From: an uncultured bacterium
GTDB lineage: Bacteria; JAGOEH01
Length of the DNA: 64,000 bases
Direction: 5' to 3'
Assembly: GCA_964632485.1 (NCBI GenBank)
Contig: CAZWDO010000020.1
Location: 1-64,000, forward strand
Shown here: positions 39,566 to 48,946 of the stretch, piece by piece
Numbering within the stretch: position 1 is the stretch's first letter
Layout of the letters: every line of letters starts with the position of its first letter
Notes under the pieces: generated by a model
The model's input: only the letters and a program-made list of their open reading frames with translations
What the model was told of the DNA's origin: nothing
The model's database searches: none
Translations under genes and position numbers: made by a program

Positions 39566-41602
39566 ATGTTTCGTTTTTGGATTCAGTTTGTACTTATTTC
39601 AGTGGGAGTTTTTATGAAAATGTCGGCTCAGGCTGTACTTTTACCGGTCCCTTACGATTTAAAATATAATGAGGGAGAATTCCGCTTGACGGATAATTTT
39701 AAAATTGTATTGGAAGGCCCTGAAAATCAGCGGATGGCGCAATACGCAACACGGGTTTTAAGGCGATTGAGTGAACGAACCGGTTTGTTTTTCCCGCAGG
39801 TATTCGTCCAATATGCTCAGGATTCAATTTCGGCTTCATGCATTATTCGCTATCAACGACCAGGGAAACTGGCATTAGGTGAGAAGGAAAATTATCGTTT
39901 AACGATTGATCCGCAGGAGATTATTATCGAGGGCGAGACCGATTTCGCAGTTTTTCGCGGATTGGAAACGCTTTACCAACTGCTTTGCAGCGATAGTATG
40001 GGTTATTATTTCCAGACGTGTCGGATTAGTGATAAACCGCTACATCCCTGGCGCGGGTTGATGATCGATGTATGCCGCCATTTTATTTCGTTGCCGACCG
40101 TTAAGCGGCAGATTGATGCCATGGCGATGCTGAAAATGAATGTGCTCCATCTCCATCTTTCGGAAGATCAGGGATTTCGAATTGAATCGAAACGGTTTCC
40201 CTTATTGCATCAGAAGGGTTCTGACGGCCAGTATTTTACGCAGGAACAGATTCGGGAACTGATTGCTTATGCCGGAGATCGTGGAATTCGGGTAGTGCCT
40301 GAATTTGATATTCCCGGTCATGCCACCAGTTGGTTCGTCGGGTATCCTGATTTGGCGTCGGCGCCTGGACCTTATACACTGCAAAGGCGATGGGGGATTT
40401 TTGATCCCACTTTTGATCCCACTGATAAAAAGGTTTATCAATTTTTTGAAAAATTTCTGGGAGAAATGGCCGCGTTATTTCCAGATGAATATTTCCATAT
40501 CGGCGGTGATGAAAATAACGGCAATCAATGGAATGAGAACCCGCAAATTCAAGAATTTATGAAAAAAAACAGTATTCCTGATAACCATGCCCTTCAGGCT
40601 TGGTTTAATCAGCGAATATTAAAGATACTCCAAAAAAATAATAAAAAAATGATGGGCTGGGACGAAATTTTGCATCCTGATATGCCCAAAGATATTATGA
40701 TTCAATCATGGCGGGGACCTCAATACCTGATAACCGCGGCCAGAGAAGGATATCAGGGAATCCTGTCGAACGGGTATTATATCGATTTATATCAATCGGC
40801 GGAGTTTCATTATTCACAGCACCCAATCCCGCCCGATTCCGTGTTGAGCGAGAGCGATAAAAACCGGATTTTAGGAGGTGAAGTTACTGCCTGGGCGGAA
40901 TTCAACAGTGATGAAGTTATTGACATGCGTTTGTGGCCACGTACTGCCGCGATAGCCGAACGATTGTGGTCTCGGCCGGAAGTTTGCGATGTCGATGATC
41001 TGTATCGACGCTTGCCGGTGATTTCATTTTATTTAGAACATCTCGGATTGCAGCATCGCAAGAATTATCCGATGATGCTCCGACGTCTCACGGGCGATCT
41101 GCCAATTGAACCGCTGGCTAAAATCGTGGATTATCTCGAGCCGGTCAAAATTTACACCCGGCATCGGCAAGGTGTGACTTATACGTCGTACTCTCCTCTG
41201 ACCCGAGTTGTAGATGCCGCCCCTGCTGAATCAATGACCGGTTGGCAGTTCCGTCGATCGATGACACAATGGTTGCAAACCCCTCGGGACAGTTCTGGTT
41301 ATGAAGAGCTTAAATCTATGCTGCAGGTAATTGTCGCCAATCAACCGGCCTTGGAACGTCTTATCGAGCGCTCCCCGGTTTTATGGGAGATTAGAGAACT
41401 GAGCATGGATTTTGCGCGGCTTGCCGCGCGAAGTCTGGAAGCGATGCAGCTTTTATCCAATGGAAATCAAGCTGATGCTAACTGGATGGCGCAGGCGCGT
41501 TTGGAACTGGAATCGGCCCGCCAACCCAGGGGGCAATTGGAAATTTCAATTTTACCGGCGCTGGAAGCTCTGATTGAACAGGCTACCGCTCCAGGAGAAT
41601 GA
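39566..41602 (+). CDS. GH20 beta-N-acetylhexosaminidase (exported)
   Basis: WRGLMIDVCRHF, NVLHLHLSEDQG, VPEFDIPGH, catalytic HIGGDE, LWPRTAAIAERLWS. Confidence 0.93.
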   Translation: MFRFWIQFVLISVGVFMKMSAQAVLLPVPYDLKYNEGEFRLTDNFKIVLEGPENQRMAQYATRVLRRLSERTGLFFPQVFVQYAQDSISASCIIRYQRPGKLALGEKENYRLTIDPQEIIIEGETDFAVFRGLETLYQLLCSDSMGYYFQTCRISDKPLHPWRGLMIDVCRHFISLPTVKRQIDAMAMLKMNVLHLHLSEDQGFRIESKRFPLLHQKGSDGQYFTQEQIRELIAYAGDRGIRVVPEFDIPGHATSWFVGYPDLASAPGPYTLQRRWGIFDPTFDPTDKKVYQFFEKFLGEMAALFPDEYFHIGGDENNGNQWNENPQIQEFMKKNSIPDNHALQAWFNQRILKILQKNNKKMMGWDEILHPDMPKDIMIQSWRGPQYLITAAREGYQGILSNGYYIDLYQSAEFHYSQHPIPPDSVLSESDKNRILGGEVTAWAEFNSDEVIDMRLWPRTAAIAERLWSRPEVCDVDDLYRRLPVISFYLEHLGLQHRKNYPMMLRRLTGDLPIEPLAKIVDYLEPVKIYTRHRQGVTYTSYSPLTRVVDAAPAESMTGWQFRRSMTQWLQTPRDSSGYEELKSMLQVIVANQPALERLIERSPVLWEIRELSMDFARLAARSLEAMQLLSNGNQADANWMAQARLELESARQPRGQLEISILPALEALIEQATAPGE

Positions 41603-41626
41603 GATAGATTCCTCCGATAGATGACA

Positions 41627-42664
41627 TCAGGGAATGAGGTAGCCTGGCGCGACTCCCATGAGTGTTGAATCGATCAGTTCCTTGTTCGTATTGTAATGAT
41701 ATAGCCAGCCCGGTTCCGTGTAATTGGGAATGCGGGTAACGATAATGGCCTCATCCTTAAAGGCAATCGCATCGCCTCGTGAGAGATAGGTTTCGACTAT
41801 CAGTGGCTGCGCCGCTGGTAGATAGCGAATGATGCTGTTTTTGTAGGTTTCCATATCCATGGTGATCGAATAAAAATAACCCGCCGCATCAATGTTTATT
41901 TTTGTAACTCCGTATTGGTTCAATGCCAGGGAATCGATCACTCGGTTGTCATCTATATTGATGCGGTAAATAGTGGAGGGTATGGAGGCGTAATCACCGG
42001 TGCACATAACATAGAGGACCCGATTATAGATAACCATGGAAGTCGGGTTGGTTCCGACATCTATCGAGCTGACCACGCGACGGTTGATCGGATCGATGAC
42101 GCTAATGCTGCCGGCATTATAGAAGGAACTATAAGTAGCTGGATCGTAATGGTCATAAGCATAGTTGGCGCAATAGACATAGGAATTGGAGGCCAATACC
42201 CAGCCCGGGTCTTCACCTACAGCGACAGCGCCAGTCTGTTGCAAGGTGATCGGGTCCAATACCAACACAGAATCCTTATCGTCAGCGGCGACAAACAAAC
42301 GGTTCTGGCACCAGGTAACCGCCTGCGGACCTGAATTCTCTAATAATGCGTTTTGAGCCAGTTCCATAGTATTCAGATCAACCCGGTAAACAGAGTGATT
42401 GCCGTAGGATGCTAAATAGAGTTGATCTCCGTGAATGATTCCCTGATTGAGAACATCCCCAATGGTTAAATCTCTGATGATGGCTCTTGCTTCAATATCG
42501 TAAATCTGGAGAGCGCCATTACTGAGACCCCAGCTACCCTGGCAGAGCGCTGCTATATGGTGGGATGAAAAAAAGGCCGGAGTATTATCTTTGTTATCGT
42601 CGGAACAGGCTAACAGAAGGAATAGTCCCGATAGGACGATCCATTTGGCGGCATGATACATCAT
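41627..42664 (-). CDS. YncE/BtuG-like beta-propeller lipoprotein (probable corrinoid capture)
   Basis: Lipobox LLLAC; propeller repeats (VAVGEDP, IDVGTNP); directly downstream of a riboswitch-controlled TonB receptor. Start ATG 42664 (RBS AAAGGA). Confidence 0.7.
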   Translation of the reverse strand: MMYHAAKWIVLSGLFLLLACSDDNKDNTPAFFSSHHIAALCQGSWGLSNGALQIYDIEARAIIRDLTIGDVLNQGIIHGDQLYLASYGNHSVYRVDLNTMELAQNALLENSGPQAVTWCQNRLFVAADDKDSVLVLDPITLQQTGAVAVGEDPGWVLASNSYVYCANYAYDHYDPATYSSFYNAGSISVIDPINRRVVSSIDVGTNPTSMVIYNRVLYVMCTGDYASIPSTIYRINIDDNRVIDSLALNQYGVTKINIDAAGYFYSITMDMETYKNSIIRYLPAAQPLIVETYLSRGDAIAFKDEAIIVTRIPNYTEPGWLYHYNTNKELIDSTLMGVAPGYLIP

Positions 42665-42674
42665 AGTATCCTTT

Positions 42675-44768
42675 CTAAAAGTTGAGTGTAGTTGACACAC
42701 GTATTTGCCGACCCGGAGTCGGGTAGTTGGCATAATAAAAAACGGTTTCATTCCAGAGATTCAAAATTTGCAAACGTAGAATAAAAAAATGGGTGAAATT
42801 CCATCCCAGAATGAGCTGATGAGTCCAGTATCCATCCAAAACTGATCGGTTGTCGGGACTTGCGAAAACCGCAGCGGTAAATTGGACCGACTGGGTGAAT
42901 GTCATCGAATGATAGGCAAAGGAATGCTCTAAATGGATGAGCCATGGGGGTAGATAAGTAACCTGAAACGAAGTTCCATTCGGGTAATCTATTTTCATTG
43001 ATTGGTAGTCGGTTTTGAGATCGATATGACCGAGAAATGGAATCCGAGAGCTGATATGGGCTTCGAGTCCGTATCCTTCCGCTTTGTAATAGTTGACGGG
43101 TGACCAGACGAGTCCCTGCAGAGGAATCCATTGAATCATATCGGTATATTTTTTATAGTAGTAAGAAAATTCAATTTCAGTAGTATCGATAAGGCTTTTA
43201 AATCCGCTGGACCATTCTTGGCTGATTTCGTTTTGAAGCGCTGGATTGCCGCCAGGGTTCCAGTAAAGATCGTTGAATGTGGGTAATTTAATATTACGAG
43301 AGACGTTGATATACCATTGATGATGGATTTTATCTGTTTGGAAACTATATTGAAACGAAGTCAGCCATGAATAATGAAGATTTTTTTGGCGTATTAAGCG
43401 CAGGGCGCCTGCGACTCGCAGCAGGTCGCGCGATTGAATGATTCCCGGGGAGGACCATTGGGGGGACAGAGCGAATTCATATCGATATTGCCGGTGATTT
43501 TGTGTTTGACTGGAATTGATGCGTTCGTGGTATGCATCCAGATTGGCGGTTAGTAGGAAAGGCAGTCGATCGAATTGCCAGCGGTTTAAACAACTTGCCA
43601 TGTAATTGGTATGCCGGGCTACAGGATCGGGGGGAGCCATGTATTTCATTTGTAGTTGAGCAAGATTGATTAGATGATGGGATGAGAACCAGGAAACCCA
43701 TGACTTTTCCCATTTTAAGGCGCTATAAATATTTTGCTGGCGGAGACGGCTGGAAAGATTTTCATTTGGGATGAATCCGGGCAACCCATTTTCACCCTGA
43801 TAAAAGTAAGCAGTAACGCTCAGAGGAGCAGAGGAATCAAAATTGAACTGATTCCGCCAATATATTTTATAGTGTTGGCTGTCATTGTTTTTCCGGTATC
43901 GAGTGAGATGGTAGTCCGACAATTGATATTTAAAATCGCCTTCACTTCGGGTCGCGTCGATGGAAATCGCTGTTTTCCAGCGCGGGACCGGCTTGTAAGC
44001 GCTATTGAATGATGCCTGGTAGTAACCGTAACTACCGGCGCAAAGTTCAAACTGAGCGCGCTGATCCATTGCAGTTTGAAAAAAAATGGCGGCATTCACC
44101 GCCCCGGGACCCAGTATCGAAGAGGCTCCGGCTTGGGCAATCTGTATATTCTCCAGGGGAACAGCTCCGATCAGACTGAGATCGGCAGAACCGTTCTGCG
44201 GATTATAGAGTTGAATATCGTCTAAGTACACGGCAATATCCGTACCGCGGAATCCGCGAATATGGAGAGTATTCAGATTCCCTTCACTCCCGTAATCCCG
44301 AATATAAAAACCCTTGAGGCGTAGCGCCAGGGATGCAGGTACGGCGCCCAGGCGGCTTAATGCAGTTGAATCAATGGACAGGATGCTCAATGGTAACTGA
44401 TGGCGATCAATCGCGTCCCGCCCGGCCGTAATGACTTGAGGAGAAATTGAGAAGGGTATGGGAACTAAGTTGATCTGCTGGATAGTGTTGTTATGTGAGG
44501 ATGAAAGGATGGCAGGTTGGTATCCGAATATTTTGATGGTTAGCGTTGAATCGTCTGTTCGGCCGGCCAACGAAAAAAAACCCAGACTATCGGTTAATCC
44601 GGTCGAAGTTTTTTGAGAATCCCGGACATAGAAAATAATGCGGCTCAGAGGTTCTTTTGTCAATGAATCGAGCAGTTGGCCCTGAAAATTGGAGAGTTTC
44701 GCTGTAAGTTTCAAAACGATTGCAAGGTTAACAATCAGGATTGTCAGCGCGAAGGCGCGTCGGTTCAT
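42675..44768 (-). CDS. btuB: TonB-dependent receptor, probable cobalamin transporter
   Basis: Plug IRDYG...IRG...VYLDD, PTFNDLYW.PGGNPAL..E, terminal Phe (YPTPGRQIRVSTTLNF); under a cobalamin riboswitch. Confidence 0.8.
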   Translation of the reverse strand: MNRRAFALTILIVNLAIVLKLTAKLSNFQGQLLDSLTKEPLSRIIFYVRDSQKTSTGLTDSLGFFSLAGRTDDSTLTIKIFGYQPAILSSSHNNTIQQINLVPIPFSISPQVITAGRDAIDRHQLPLSILSIDSTALSRLGAVPASLALRLKGFYIRDYGSEGNLNTLHIRGFRGTDIAVYLDDIQLYNPQNGSADLSLIGAVPLENIQIAQAGASSILGPGAVNAAIFFQTAMDQRAQFELCAGSYGYYQASFNSAYKPVPRWKTAISIDATRSEGDFKYQLSDYHLTRYRKNNDSQHYKIYWRNQFNFDSSAPLSVTAYFYQGENGLPGFIPNENLSSRLRQQNIYSALKWEKSWVSWFSSHHLINLAQLQMKYMAPPDPVARHTNYMASCLNRWQFDRLPFLLTANLDAYHERINSSQTQNHRQYRYEFALSPQWSSPGIIQSRDLLRVAGALRLIRQKNLHYSWLTSFQYSFQTDKIHHQWYINVSRNIKLPTFNDLYWNPGGNPALQNEISQEWSSGFKSLIDTTEIEFSYYYKKYTDMIQWIPLQGLVWSPVNYYKAEGYGLEAHISSRIPFLGHIDLKTDYQSMKIDYPNGTSFQVTYLPPWLIHLEHSFAYHSMTFTQSVQFTAAVFASPDNRSVLDGYWTHQLILGWNFTHFFILRLQILNLWNETVFYYANYPTPGRQIRVSTTLNF

Positions 44769-44782
44769 CGGCGGTTTTCTCC

Positions 44783-44822
44783 AAAAAAAATAGCCGCAAC
44801 TACACGGGAGAAGTTGCGGCTA
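44783..44822 (-). terminator. intrinsic terminator (riboswitch expression platform)
   Basis: 11-bp stem TAGCCGCAACT...AGTTGCGGCTA followed by T8 on the minus strand, just upstream of the btuB RBS. Confidence 0.75.
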
Positions 44823-44889
44823 TCGGAAAATATAAAATGAAAAAGCCGATGCTGAGCAGTCTTCTCGATCCGCGAAGAAGGACTGGTGA

Positions 44890-45050
44890 ATATGGTTTTT
44901 TCCAGGTCTTCTGGCTTACGGATCGTTTTACTCTCTGCGCCTTCTCATCGTGAGTCAGACAATGGCTTCAGTACAGATTTCATCCCCGCTTACAGCGACG
45001 GGCTCGCAGCGGATTTTCACCGCTTTCCCTTAAAAAATACCATGTAGAAA
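44890..45050 (-). ncRNA. cobalamin riboswitch
   Basis: Minus strand reads AAGGGAAAGCGGTGAAAATCCGCTGCGAGCCCGTCGCTGTAA...GCCATTG...GAGAAGGC...AAGCCAGAAGACCTG (B12 box). Ends approximate. Confidence 0.92.
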
Positions 45051-45074
45051 CATTCATCAGAACAGTCAATTATA

Positions 45075-45143
45075 AAAATACAAAAGAAACTCGTTAAAGT
45101 CAAGGGTTTTCATATTGACTTTTTAGATTTTTTTTTATATTTT
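45075..45143. promoter_or_regulatory. back-to-back divergent sigma70-like promoters (btuB leader / glycan cluster)
   Basis: AGTCAA (45098-45103) and TTGACT (45115-45120), each 17 nt from a TATTTT -10. Confidence 0.45.
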
Positions 45144-45255
45144 CCAGATGAATTATCAAGACGTGAGGCGGCTGTAGCGTTTCGTATTGTAAGAGAAGAG
45201 ACAGCCATCAAAAGCAAAGATGCGAATGTTTTTAACCCGAACTGGAGAATGGAAT

Positions 45256-46695
45256 ATGACCCAATCTGGTAACCCGCGTTTTTACGGACTGGATGCGTTA
45301 AGGGGATTTGCGATTTTAACCATGGTTTTATCCGGGATTATCCCTTATCGTATTTTGCCATCCTGGATGTACCACGCCCAGGTACCTCCCCCGGACCATG
45401 TATTTAACCCGAATTTACCGGGAATCACCTGGGTCGATTTGGTTTTTCCATTTTTCCTTTTTGCATTGGGCGCCGCTATCCCGTTAGCGCTCGGACGGCG
45501 TTTAAAATATGTGGACGAAGCGGCATACACACTCCAGGGATGGTGGGAGAGTTGGCTGCCCATTGGAAAAGGAATCCTGGAACGGGTTTTTTTATTGGCG
45601 TTCTTCGCTCTGTTTGTCCAACACAGTAATCCCTGGTTAATCTCGAAGGATCCCGGTTGGCAGGTTTGGCTGTTACAATTAGCGCGTTTTGCTTGTCTTT
45701 TTGCCATTTTTGCCCGCTGGCCGAAACACTGGTCCTCTGACCTCCGATCATCTATCCATATAGCCGGTTGGCTGGGAGCTTTATTGTTTCTGATGTTCAC
45801 GACCTACGCGAACGGTACCGGATTCTCATTTTTACGGAACGATATCATAATTGTCGTATTGGCGAATACCGCGCTTTTCGGTACGATTGTCTGGTTGGTT
45901 ACGCGACGTAATTGGTGGTTGCGTATTGGCATTTTGGGGGTATTGGCCGCGTTTCGTCTGGCCCATGGTTCTGAAGGATGGATTAAAGTTCTCTGGGATT
46001 TCTCACCCTTTACCTGGTTGTATCAACTCTATTTTCTGCAATACCTGTTTATAGTCATCCCTGGAACAATGATCGGAGATATGATCGCGCAATGGATGGG
46101 CGAAGCGAATGACGGTGATCGTCATCAATTGCCGGGATTAAGCGCGGTATTGATGATGTTGTTGCTTTTCATTCCACTCGAATTGATCGGACTCAAGGCG
46201 CGATGGGTAACACCGACGGTTCTCCTGAGCATAGGATTGGCGGTAGCCGTCTGGTTGCTGATTCGTCACTGGGATGGCGTCTCCGGACGCTATTTGAAAC
46301 GGTTTTATGTCTGGGGAGTTTATTGGCTGATGCTGGGGCTCATGTTCGAGCCCTATGAAGGCGGAATAAAAAAAGATCATCCTACGCTTAGTTACTATTT
46401 TTTAACAACCGGGCTGGCGATTATTTTGCTAATGGCTTTTATCATCATTATCGATATTTGGCGGAAGCCGGGATACTTAAAACTGTTGATCGATAGCGGA
46501 CAGAATCCCATGATCGCTTATGTGGGAATGAAATGCATTATCCATCCCATTATCCAACCCACCGGGATTTTTGGATTAATGGAGAAGCTAACGTCCGCGC
46601 CATGGCCGGGTTTTTTCCGGGGTTTGTTTTTAACTATTGTTTTGGCTTGGATTGTCAGTGTGTTCACTCATAAAAAATTATTCTGGCGCGCCTAA
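45256..46695 (+). CDS. DUF5009/HGSNAT-like (NagX-type) membrane protein
   Basis: RFYGLDALRGF, GITWVDLVFPFFLF, GGIKKD.PTLSYY, GQNPMIAY; multiple TM segments. Confidence 0.8.
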   Translation: MTQSGNPRFYGLDALRGFAILTMVLSGIIPYRILPSWMYHAQVPPPDHVFNPNLPGITWVDLVFPFFLFALGAAIPLALGRRLKYVDEAAYTLQGWWESWLPIGKGILERVFLLAFFALFVQHSNPWLISKDPGWQVWLLQLARFACLFAIFARWPKHWSSDLRSSIHIAGWLGALLFLMFTTYANGTGFSFLRNDIIIVVLANTALFGTIVWLVTRRNWWLRIGILGVLAAFRLAHGSEGWIKVLWDFSPFTWLYQLYFLQYLFIVIPGTMIGDMIAQWMGEANDGDRHQLPGLSAVLMMLLLFIPLELIGLKARWVTPTVLLSIGLAVAVWLLIRHWDGVSGRYLKRFYVWGVYWLMLGLMFEPYEGGIKKDHPTLSYYFLTTGLAIILLMAFIIIIDIWRKPGYLKLLIDSGQNPMIAYVGMKCIIHPIIQPTGIFGLMEKLTSAPWPGFFRGLFLTIVLAWIVSVFTHKKLFWRA

Positions 46696-46706
46696 AGGAG
46701 AGAATT

Positions 46707-47411
46707 ATGAACTTGAATTTATTTGAACGTATCAGGGGTGGATTGATCGTCTCCTGTCAGGCTGAGGGTGATGATCCCTTCAATACGCCTGAAGGGGTAA
46801 CGCTTTTTGCGAGAACGGCGGAGATGGGCGGCGCATGCGCCATACGCTCGCAGGGATTGGAGAAAACCCGGCAAATTATTAAAAATGTGCAGTTACCGGT
46901 TATTGGATTGTTAAAAACGAAGTTTCCCGATGGAACGGTGTGTATCACGCGTGAATGGGACGGTATCCTGGCATTGCGCGATCTTGGCGTGGCTATGGTT
47001 GCTGTTGACGGTACTCAGCGCGAATATGACAATATGACGGGTCCTCAATTCATTCAACGGATAAAAATGGAACTGAATATTCCGGTAATGGCAGATATTG
47101 CAACCGAGGCTGAGGCGATTGCTGCTGCCAATGCTGGCGCGGACTGCGTATCAACGACCTTAAATGGTTATACACCCGAGACGGCGGCCTCGAAGACTCA
47201 TGATCCCAATTATGATTTAGTAACCGTTTTAAGTCAAAAACTGGCGCCGTTGCCGGTGATTGCAGAAGGCCGGGTCAGCGCTCCCGAGCAGGCTGCCCAA
47301 ATGATCCGTAATGGGGCCTGGGCTGTGGTTGTGGGAACGGCTATAACTCGTCCTCGTATGATTGTCTCCTGGTATTGCAATGCGCTGGAAAATGTAAATT
47401 CAACCAATTGA
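46707..47411 (+). CDS. nanE: N-acetylmannosamine-6-phosphate 2-epimerase
   Basis: GLIVSCQA, LPVIGLLK, VMADIAT, TTLNGYT, IAEGR, VVGTAITRP. Confidence 0.92.
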   Translation: MNLNLFERIRGGLIVSCQAEGDDPFNTPEGVTLFARTAEMGGACAIRSQGLEKTRQIIKNVQLPVIGLLKTKFPDGTVCITREWDGILALRDLGVAMVAVDGTQREYDNMTGPQFIQRIKMELNIPVMADIATEAEAIAAANAGADCVSTTLNGYTPETAASKTHDPNYDLVTVLSQKLAPLPVIAEGRVSAPEQAAQMIRNGAWAVVVGTAITRPRMIVSWYCNALENVNSTN

Positions 47412-47427
47412 AGCCCTTGTTTTTTCC

Positions 47428-47456
47428 TTGACTTTTAGTAAAAATTCTTGTATATT
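47428..47456 (+). promoter_or_regulatory. sigma70-like internal promoter for pgm-HAD-GH38-GH94 operon
   Basis: TTGACT-N17-TATATT. Confidence 0.55.
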
Positions 47457-47515
47457 TTTAATTAGTTCGTTTTTAAAATTAATTGTCCGGTTAACGCAAT
47501 TAAAAAAAGGTAACT

Positions 47516-48937
47516 ATGGGAACTATTCAGTTTGGAACAGATGGCTGGCGGGGATTATTGGGCAGTGAGATGAATGAAAAGACGGTGGAGCAGGCTGCTG
47601 TTGCGTTTGCTCATTATTTACAGAGCAGGGGATCGAGCGCTTCTTGTTGCGCTATTGGCTATGATGGCAGAGAATCATCAACCGAATTTTCCGCGATTTT
47701 TGCCCGTGCGCTGAGCCGGTCAGGAATCCGGGTTTTACTAAGCGATCGGATTATTCCTACGCCGGTTTTGAGTTTTTATGTCAATCATCGAAAGTGTCTG
47801 GCCGGAGTGATGGTTACCGCCAGCCATAATCCACCCGCGTATAATGGAATAAAATTTAAAGCCGCCTATGGAGGGCCTTTTTTAACCGGGGAGACCCGTG
47901 AAGTTGAGCTTTGTCTCGAGAAGGGCGATATAATCAGTCAAGCTGTTGGACCGGTTGAAACGGTCGATATGCTCGATGATTATTGCCAGGCATTGAGTGA
48001 GCGGTTGGACCCGGGGGTAATCAGGCGTTTAAAATTTCCCGTGGCAATCGATAGCATGGCGGGGGCGGGCCAGCATGTTCTGTCCCGGATACTGCAGCAA
48101 TGGGGAGTTGAAACATATACGCTGGACGGCGACGCCCGATCTGATTTTAATGGACGTTTGCCTGAACCCATCGCCCAAAATCTGCAACCGTTGGCAGATT
48201 TTCTGGCGCAGCATCCAACCTATGGCATCGGCTTGGCCACGGATGGAGATGCTGATCGTCTGGGAGTTTTACAAAACGGCGGCGAATGGTGCAGCGCTCA
48301 GGAAACAATCCTGATGCTCACTGATTATGTCGTCCGACAACTTAAAATGCGCGGAGCTATCGTTAAAACCAGCTCGGTGACCGATAAAATCCGTACTTTT
48401 TTCGACACCTCCTCACATCCCGTCATCGAAGTCCAGGTAGGATTCAAATATATTTGCGAAGAAATGATCCGACAGCCTATTGCTATTGGCAGTGAAGAGA
48501 GCGGGGGATATGGCTATGGGAACCATCTGCCGGAACGCGATGGTATTTTTTCCGCGTTGCTGTTGTTAGAGATGCTGGCGCGCAACGAAGTTAACCACTT
48601 GGGAGAATACCGGACCTTAATTTCTCATCGATATGGACAGATTTTTTATCAGCGGATCGACTGGCATTATGCTGCCGAAGATCGTACAGCGGTATTGCCG
48701 CGACTTGCGCTCAATCCGCCGAGTTCGCTTGGAAATTGGAAAATTGAAGCGATAACCCGTTATAATAGCAGTAGGGATGTTGTGAATGGACTTAAATTTC
48801 GACTGGAAGGCGAGTGCCGCTGGTTGTTGATCCGCGCTTCGGAAACTGAACCGCTGGTTCGGCTCTATGCGGAAGGTAATAGTGATATCGAAGTTCAACA
48901 ACTGCTTGATCTGGGCAAAACCCTTTTCACTTCATAA
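47516..48937 (+). CDS. alpha-D-phosphohexomutase (PGM/PMM family)
   Basis: FGTDGWRG, TASHNP, DGDADR, GSEESGG, RASETEPLVRLYAE. Confidence 0.93.
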   Translation: MGTIQFGTDGWRGLLGSEMNEKTVEQAAVAFAHYLQSRGSSASCCAIGYDGRESSTEFSAIFARALSRSGIRVLLSDRIIPTPVLSFYVNHRKCLAGVMVTASHNPPAYNGIKFKAAYGGPFLTGETREVELCLEKGDIISQAVGPVETVDMLDDYCQALSERLDPGVIRRLKFPVAIDSMAGAGQHVLSRILQQWGVETYTLDGDARSDFNGRLPEPIAQNLQPLADFLAQHPTYGIGLATDGDADRLGVLQNGGEWCSAQETILMLTDYVVRQLKMRGAIVKTSSVTDKIRTFFDTSSHPVIEVQVGFKYICEEMIRQPIAIGSEESGGYGYGNHLPERDGIFSALLLLEMLARNEVNHLGEYRTLISHRYGQIFYQRIDWHYAAEDRTAVLPRLALNPPSSLGNWKIEAITRYNSSRDVVNGLKFRLEGECRWLLIRASETEPLVRLYAEGNSDIEVQQLLDLGKTLFTS

Positions 48938-48946
48938 GGAGAACGC

